From the IMG/VR virus record IMGVR_UViG_3300025133_000115, positions 1 to 59,184 of that record: a stretch of DNA of 59,184 nt, one strand, 5' to 3'. Under the pieces are notes generated by a model, which did no database searches, was not told the origin of the DNA, and saw only the letters and a list, made by a program, of their open reading frames with translations. The DNA is from a virus (taxonomy: Duplodnaviria; Caudoviricetes). Below, piece by piece: positions 31,301-40,300 of this stretch (its first letter is position 1; the number at the start of each line of letters is the position of its first letter). Made by a program: the position numbers and the translations under genes.

Positions 31301-34300
31301 ATGTTGCCAATGTGTTCTTGCCTGGTTCAGCAAAGTTTGATGAAGGCTACAGGTATAGAGTTCGCACAGTAGTAGAGGCAGGAAGATATCCGCAGACGTT
31401 TATGGTGGATGATGCTGACATTGTTAAAATGTCAGACGCGCCTACCCAGCCTGTACGATCAAGGGGACGGGAGATGTATGGCCCTCCGAGAGGCAGGCAA
31501 ATGTCTGGTCCTCCGTCCCCTGGGAACCAGATTCCTCGTAAGGATTGGAACGAAAACTGGCAAAACAAACCCGCTAAAGAATCTGCACGGTGGTTGAGGG
31601 ATCAACTTACTGATGAGTTTGACAGAACTGTTCTCGATAGAGTCATTGAAACTCTGGATGAATCAGGAACAGCTAAATGGAGCACATCCGTAAAGACGTA
31701 CTTGTCAGACACGCCTGGTAGGGCCGGTGAGTATTGGGATGACAAGGGCCACGTTGTTCTCGACCCAGCGCGATCATCGTATCAACCGGGTGGCATGGTC
31801 CGGGCAGCAATTCATGAATTGGTTCATGCTGCTACCGTGGGCAAAATGGAAATGAATCCAAGATCTATTGAGGTAGATCGATTGAATCGTCTTTTCGAGG
31901 AGGCGAAATCACAAACGACCAATGCGAATCTTTATGGATACAACAACACGAGAGAGTTTTTAGCAGAGGCCCTTTCAAATTCTAAGTTCCAAGATGATCT
32001 TCGAGCAATCAAGATTAGTGATGAACTCGCTGAAGAACTAGGTATTACCGATCCCAACCTTTGGGAGGGTTTCGTTGCTGTTGCTCGTCAGTTGCTCGGT
32101 CTTTCTGTTGGGGATCAATCGGCACTTTCGGCTGCTTTGAAAGTAGCAGAAGACATTGGTGAGTTGAGCATTGAGCCAACACGGTCGTTGCCGTTTTTCG
32201 AGCGGGCCGAGGCACTGCGTGGTCCTGCACTGCTTCCAGATCGCACAGTAGCACCACCGACTTCATCTGCGGAGTTCAAGTCCTGGTTCAAAGATTCCAA
32301 GGCGGTAGATGGCGAAGAAAAACCTCTTCAGGTTTGGCACGGAAGCCCGTTTAGCTTTGATGAGTTCCAGCCTGGAAATGTAGAGGCATATTTTGGGTCT
32401 GCTGTTTACTTTACGGATTCAGCGTATGACCTTGCGGAACACTACGCATTTTCTTCTTTAGATCCACTGTTTATGGAGAAAGGAACTGAGTGGTTCAAGG
32501 CGTTTAATGAATACAAATCAAACATATACGTTGAGTTTGATGGCTACACAGACGTTGACATCGTCAATGTGGCAAAAGACTTTGTTAAAACTGATGCCTT
32601 TTCCAAGATATCTGACGCCGCTCAAAAAAGATTGAAAAATGCTATTGAAGACTCGAACGTAAAAATCATAAGAGACGAGTTCAAAGACGTTGTGGTTGAT
32701 GCCATGGCAAGAATTGACTTTGAAACAGACGGTGCAATGCAGGCTTACCCTGTGTACTTGAGCATCCAAAACCCGCTGATTTTAGATGAATACGGCAAGA
32801 TGAAAGACGTTGCCCATTCATTCAGGTGGGCAGACGACGGCACTGGCGAAGCGCTTATGGATGCTATCGATACGGTTGCTGCTCGTCTTACAAAAGAAGG
32901 GGTGGTTGTAGATCAGGTTGAGCGACTAAAAGAGTTTGTTTTAGATTCAAGGGAAACCAAGGGTGGCGTAACTCAAATCCCAGCGCATAAAGCATGGGAC
33001 ACGATGATAGACAAAAGGTTTGATAGCTCAGGCCCAGAAGGGCTTCATTTTCAGAATGAATTCGCTAGACAGGTAGTAGAACAGCTTGGCTACGATGGCA
33101 TCATTGCCAACGCTCATCGCTTCTTTTCAGACAAGTATGACCCACAGACTAGAGTGCTTACACCAGGACAAAGGCTTCCGCTTGCAGCAACTCACTACAT
33201 GGTGTTTGAGCCAACACAAGCAAAGAGCGTAACGAACAAAGGAACCTGGGCTCCAACTGATCGCCGCATGATGTACGGCCCTCCAAGGCCGACTGCTGTT
33301 GGTAATGAGCCTCTTTTTGCCCCCGACTATACAGATAGAGGCAAAATACCCTTCAGGCCCGCAATGCAACCAAAGCCGGATGATTTGATTGTTGTAGAGC
33401 ACACCACGCGGGCCAAGTATTTAGACATTTTCATGGATGAAGGAATCGATGCAACGATTTCACCCCCGACACGCGGGATTGGCAGGCTTACCTTCCAAGC
33501 AGATGGCACTGCTCGCACTAGCTCAATTAAGGAGCCGGGTCTTTATGTTGCGCCAGCAGACAGCCTAAGCTCCAAAGAGCGAGTCATAATTGTCGTTCCG
33601 GCAAAAAGTATTGGGCTAACTGTTGAGTCGGAGGGTCTAGGGTACAAGAGCGGAATTGAGGGGCTTTATGGTGCCAGTGACGCCGTTATTCGTAGCAAAA
33701 TATCCCCTGAAAATGTCGCTGGCAAAATGATTTATGACCCGACTCAACAAGAATGGAAGTGGGTTGCAAACCCTAAAAGTCCGTATGGAGACAGATTTGA
33801 GGTAGACGGGTCGAACTTAAGAACAAGGCAACCTGAACCGCCTACTCGTTCTGATTTCAAGACAGTTTCTGATGCAATGTGGGATCTCCTCGACGCCACC
33901 ATGTCTCCAGACCCCGCCCAACGGAAACCACTGTCAGCAGCCGACAGACGGTCGCTGAACGCTCGCAGAGTGGTAGGGCCTAGGCGCTTTGCTGAGCAGC
34001 TTTTAGACCAGATGAACGTGTCGGACGAGGTGGTTGGAGGCAAACCCCATGAAGCTATTGATGAGCACATTGCGTCAGGGCTTTCGGGGCAAATCTCGAC
34101 ATCCCAGCTTACTGGTAGTCAGGTCAATAGGGTCCGCGAATCGCTTGGAAGCGCTTCTGAGCTTGCTGATGTGTCGGGCACAATCAAGGTGAAGGTCAAG
34201 GTTGCTGGTGTCGATAAGCCTGTTGATCTGACCATTACTGTTGTTCCGGTAACCAAAGAACTCAAACCGGCTTTGATTCCTGGTGGTTTAGACGGTGAGT

Positions 34301-37300
34301 TTTCCTTCCATGATCTGACGTATTTATCAATGCGCCCGGTAGAGTTGAACTACGCAAGGCTTCCAGAGCCCAAGCTTCCCGATGTAGAGATCACGGTTGA
34401 TGGCCAAACCAGAAAGATTTCCTGGTCCGATATTACAAATCCACAAGAGGTTATCAATAGGTATATTGATGAATACGATTCAATCGTAAGCAAGCTTTAC
34501 GATAAGAAGCAAAGAAGCGCTGACGTTGATGTGTTTAGGCCCGATCCTGCCGAGTACTTTGACGGTAGCGGCAATGTCATTCCATCTAAGCTTGTAGAGT
34601 ATCAACAGCGACTTGATTTGTATCTTACCGGGCTGGCTTCTCGCTCAATGCATAGCCTCCTCGACCCGACATCAAGAGTGTTTGAAAATCAGGTGTTTAC
34701 GTCTGTAACTCAGCCACGAAATCTAAAAGATTTGTTTGAAATGGGCGACAGGTATATGACTGCTCTTTCGAATAAGGGCGCTAATCTTACAAGAAACGAA
34801 ATCATCTACATCATGAGGTTCTACGCACAAGCCAATGAGAGGTTTAAGAATTCTTATCGTGGTTCCTTGATTAGCCTCGATGTGGCCCCTGAGTTGCTGG
34901 ACTCTATTACGGCTCGTGACTGGCAAAAGCCAAACGCTCCGATCATGGATATTGATACAATCGAAATGTCTCAAGTCGGGGCAGCCAGGATCTTAGATAC
35001 TAAGCAATGGTTGCGGCTGCGCGAATCAGAACTGGTGGATATGCTGGAGAATGTAGACTCTCCAGAACTTCGTGGAAAAATCCTGGCTGATCTTGAGAAC
35101 ATTAGAGTGGAAAGGCTTCGTGTAGATTCGATAGCGTCTACTCCTTCTCCAACAGCTTTGGCTCAAGATTTGGCTGAGTCATCTGATTCGATTGGCAGAA
35201 CAGCAGACAACACTGTCATGAGAACACTGACCCTTATGACAAAGGACTTTGATGATCTTCTCAATGGAAGAAAGAAGCACTCTTGGTTCGAGCGCCATCC
35301 CGACGAATCATGGCTGGAGTTTTCAGATAGGTTTGTTGCCCTTACAAAGGGTCTCGCACCAGACGCCCCGGTAATCACTGGTTCAAAGATTGATGAGTTC
35401 TACGGCGCAGGAAAGCCTGGTCATAGCGATGCTCTTTTGTGGTTCTCCGAGTGGAAGCACGTCAATGCAAAGGCTGATTACAACCGAATTATCTTTGATG
35501 TGATGGCTTCAAAAGGATTTAAAGACCTTAGATCAAGATTTGAAGCGGGCGAGATAGACCGGGCAGGTTTTGATCTTGCTTTCAAGAAAGCGGTCGATGA
35601 AAAGCGGGTATCTGTTTTTCAGCAAAGAGCCGATGTTGAGTTCGATTCTTGGATGTCAGACCCTGATACTCGTCCTTATTTGGTTGAGCGTGCAAATGCT
35701 TTTGCGACCAAACCAGAACTGGTTGAGTTGTTTCCGACCGAAATACGAAATGCACTGGGGAACACTAGGCGTATTGATTCAAGCCTTGTGTCTCGGGAAA
35801 TCAACAGAGTAAAGTCGAGTTACTCCAACAACCCCGGAAGATTGGCGGCCCTAGACAAAACATTAGAAGCCCACAAAACAATCGAGGGTTGGGTCAAGAG
35901 GTTTGGCCGAGAAGATTCAATGCTAAATCTCCTTATCAAAAGCATTGAGAGCGGACGCCTCTCCAATATTAATCGACTCGATGCGAACTATCGCAAGCTT
36001 GTTGGAGATGTTTCGTCTGAGCTTCATGGCCCTTTAATGGCGCAAACAGAGCGAATGGCAGACATGCTTGAGGGCGGGTTTGCCTCCGATGCATTTAGCC
36101 ATCCTGGTGCTTCTTTCTTACCAAACATGAGAACGTTTGCGTTTGATGCTGCTTTAGATTCTGTCATGGACACCGCCCCATGGTTGAAGCAATCACAAGC
36201 CCGCGATGCCTTAAGAGGAAAGGGAAGAACCCCGTCCGCATCTATCGGGCCTGCATCGAGGGGTGTGTTTTCGCGCACCTTGACGGATTCCGACCAAGTT
36301 TCAGGCCCTGGTAGTGCTGGTAGGGGATCTAAGGCGAGGGGTCGTGTGATGTATGGCCCCCCCGCAGATTCATTCAAACCTCTGCGAGAGTTCTCGCCCG
36401 ATGATTTCGATGCTTCCACGCTTCATACCAAGATGTTTTTCGAAACTGGCGACGTAAGACACCTGTTTGCTGAAAGCGGCAGAATGCTTGCCAGTCTTAT
36501 GATGGACGAGTTTGATGACGTAGCCGAGTTTATGTACAAGAACTTTGATAGCGAGGTTCTTGGAGATGGGACACGTCGGTTGACAACGAAGGGTTGGGAT
36601 GAGCTTTCGTCGTCATTTGCCTACTATTTCAGCACAAGACATGCAGAGGATGGCGCTACACACAACCTCTTTCGGAAGATCAAGAGAGCCCTTCATCATC
36701 TTTGGAAGATGATCAGAGCCGACAGAACTCACGAGCTAAGCCCAGAGTCCATCGCGTTCTTTGATGAGCAACTTGCTGTTGGTATTGATATTTCTGAAAG
36801 AGCCAAGGTGGCTGTATTAGACGACGCAGATTTAAAGAATTTCTATACAGTTAGGCTTAAAGAGTTGCGCGGCGGGGAAGAAGTAGCGAGTGCTGGTAAG
36901 CGTAGAGAGGCCGCCCGTATCGAGTCAAGAAGAAGACAGCTTCAGCGCATTCTTGAGGTAACTGATGAAACAACAGAAGTAGACGCCGTAGAGATCGTCG
37001 GTCTTGCCGTCCGTCATGTTTTCGCAGAAGTAGCAAGAAAGAAATGGGGAGCAGAGAGAACTGTCAGATTGACAGGGCAAACAATGGTTCCTGTTATTCG
37101 GGCTGAGCGGATTCGAGAAAGAGTTGCCACTAAAATGTTGGATGTGTTTGGCGACCCACAGCATCTAGCAGACGCGAAGGTAACGATAAAGCTTCAAGAG
37201 CGAATGACCGATGACGTTGGAAGTTGGCTGCGTGATCCAGAAACCGGAAAGGTTAGGACCAGGACTGTCATCGATGACGCCACAGGAAAGCCCGCAGAGG

Positions 37301-40300
37301 TTTCTGTATTCAACTTGAGTCGTCCGCAGCAAGTAAGACTCAAGGTTCTTGTGCAAGAGCTTGGCGCTAATCCGCTGGCTAGAGATACTATTCCAACATG
37401 GATGTTTGAAGCGGATGCTGATTTCTCTAAGCTGTCAGTTATTGAGTACAACCGGATTCATGAAGCGCTAACCGACATGGAAGCGGGTGTTGGGGGGACA
37501 CGAAGCAGACTTGCGGAAAGCGTTTCGCCAAATCTTGCGAAGCGAACCTGGGCCTCAATCATTGACGCTGGTGGGAATGTTCCTTTCTTGGGAGGAATGA
37601 TCGCAGGGTTCCGTGAAAGGTTTAAGGTCTTTGAGCCCTTTGAGGTCGCAGGGATATTAGAGGGAGATAGCGCTAAAAGAGCCTGGAGCAGGACTGGCTA
37701 CGTTACGCCCGAAGTTGTAGAAGCTAAAAAGATGATGGATCAAGAGGTCAACGACATTCCAAACTGGTTGTTGCGGGTACAGCTTAGGCTCCAAAAGGAA
37801 GGTTCTAAGGGCAGTATTCTTGAGGTTATCCAGTCTCTTACGAGAATGCTTACCCCTCCTCTTGATGTTCGACAAGCCGAGAATGCGTGGAGGCTTAGGA
37901 AAGTATTTTCTAACTTGGGTAAACAACCTCTGACAATTGAATTGCTTGATGCAAAGCTCGATGCGGTCACTGCTTTGTTTGCCTCAAGCGGTAGGATGAC
38001 AGACGCGGAGCGTGGTGCGATTATTGCGCTGCGTGATTTAATAGACAACTCTAAACAAGCCGACACCATTGAACTTTCAAAGGATCAGGTCAAGGCATTT
38101 AGAGACACTATCGAAATTATTGAACGAGGTCTTCACGACAGGTACAACCTTTTAGATCAACGAGTCAACGATATTGTTGAGTGCATTTCTGGTAGTCAGG
38201 CTCAAGCAAGAGCCGCCATGGCAGGAATGGACGATCTAACTAAATCTCGACTGTACTCCAGCTTCTATGGTAACGACTGGCCGGATCTGTTTGAATGGGC
38301 CTCCCAACACGGCCTTACAATTGGAACACGCCCAGATGTGATGCCCGCATATGATGCGCGACACGCTGCGATCCAACTGATCGTTCGAATGAGGGCCAGG
38401 GAGATCCAGGCAAAGTTTATTGATAAGTTGGTAGAGGTTGGGGTTACCGCGAGAGTAGACGGCCTTGCTGATAAATATGCACAAGGCAAAAACACGACTC
38501 GGTTTATGGAGCGCGTAAAGCACTACATTAATCTTGAGCTTCGTCCAGGTGGCGCTGCGATTGTTCGAGATGCGGAAGGGCGAGTCATTCAAGCTCCGTC
38601 TGGATTCAGATCAGGAAGGCGTGGCGATATTGGTGAGATTGTTGAGCCTGCTGAGCCTGGCGCTGTTGTTGATGGAAAGCCAATCTATCCATCTCAAGAC
38701 TGGGATGAAGCAACAAGGCGGATACCGTATCTAGATTTAAAAGCACCGGAAGGCGCACAGCAGACCTATACCAGACATGACATGGCCGCCTATACAGCAG
38801 CCCATGAAATCCTGAATGCATGGGGCTTTAAGTATGGTGCAGCCACTGAAGATTGGGTCGATTGGGTTGCTCCTGATGGTTCAAGGACTCTAGTCCCTAA
38901 AATGGTTCTTGATGAACTAAATGCTGCTATTGATAGGGTCAGTGGCCAGGGAGCTTTTGGTAAGGGCGCAAAAGGCAAAGCGGCAGAAGCAATCGAAAGA
39001 GGAAGACCCCGCTCTGGAGATCTTGGGAAAGAGTTTCTCTTTGGAGAAGACGCTCTAGATCCAGCGTGGAAAATGACACCTGGAGTTGCCGCAAAGGTCC
39101 TAATCGCAGACACTCTTGACTACACGCTTAGGCTCTACGGGTTTACCTACTCATTGCTCCGTCAGGGCGTAACGGTTGGTATTGGTCAGCCAAACATTCA
39201 TTACTACCAAGGCATCACCATTGGTGCGTTGCTTCAGATCTATCAGAAATCAGGTCTTGGTCTGAAGATTGGAAGAGATGGCGTTCGTGTTGAAGGCGGC
39301 GTCTTAGGGGCGCTTTCTCACCCCAAGTTGTCTGGCGTCTTGGCTGCTAGACTTTGGGGTGAAGCGCCAAACCCCAAGAGCGTTGCAGGGGCTAGAGCCT
39401 TGGTTTGCAAAGACGGTCGAATCTTTACTGTTGAGATGCTTCTTGAGGGAATGTTGCTTTACAAGCTGAATACCTCTTTTGTGAAAAGCGGAAACGCGGC
39501 ACACATGCTCCGTGACTTGGAGAAAAATGAAAATGCGTGGCACAAGATTGTCTCTGAATCTCCCGGTAGAGCCCAGCGCTTATTGGTAGAGGCCGCTACT
39601 TCTGTTGATAACTACTTCAGATCAGGCGTTTTTGTTGATGAGCTTTACAACGGTCGTTCAATGGCTCATGCGGCACAGATCGCCACAGATGCCATGTTCG
39701 ATTATTCGAAGCTGACCGATTGGGAGAAAGCTGTTTTCAGAAGAACATTCATGTTCTACTCATACACCAGGAACAACCTGAATCTTTTCTATGACACCCT
39801 GTTGGAGAACCCAAGTCGCATCATGGGCCAGGTTCGGCTTATGCGTGGGTTGAGAGAACAGAACACCGAGGGAAGCAATGTCATTATAGAGACTGATTAC
39901 ACTTCTCAAAGACTTGGTGTTTTTTATAGAAATGCATATGCAAACACAAGTATTTATCAGGGTGTAAGATTTTTAGCAGCACCGCTGCCCATTATGGACG
40001 CGATCAACTTACATAGAGAGATTGCCGCATTTATTAGTGGTGGGTTTGATCGTACAGCCTCAGTCGAAAAGCGAGAACAGGGGCTTCGTTTCCTTGCCCG
40101 CATGAACCCGCTTTTTCAGCAACCATTAGTGTTCCAATTTGACGAGGAGATTTTTAGAACGCGCCCGCTTACTGGAGACGTGATCCCAACCAGCATTGTT
40201 GAGTTGGATGTGTTGATGACTGGCGGCGTGTTTGTCCTGAACTTTCTTGGTGCCACTCCGGTTCCAGTTTCGACAGCCATGAAAAAAGAATACCCAGGAC

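Noticed and set aside
33955-33990. ARRVVGPRR as a fifth MYGPP-like site
   Set aside because: Too divergent to count without homolog support
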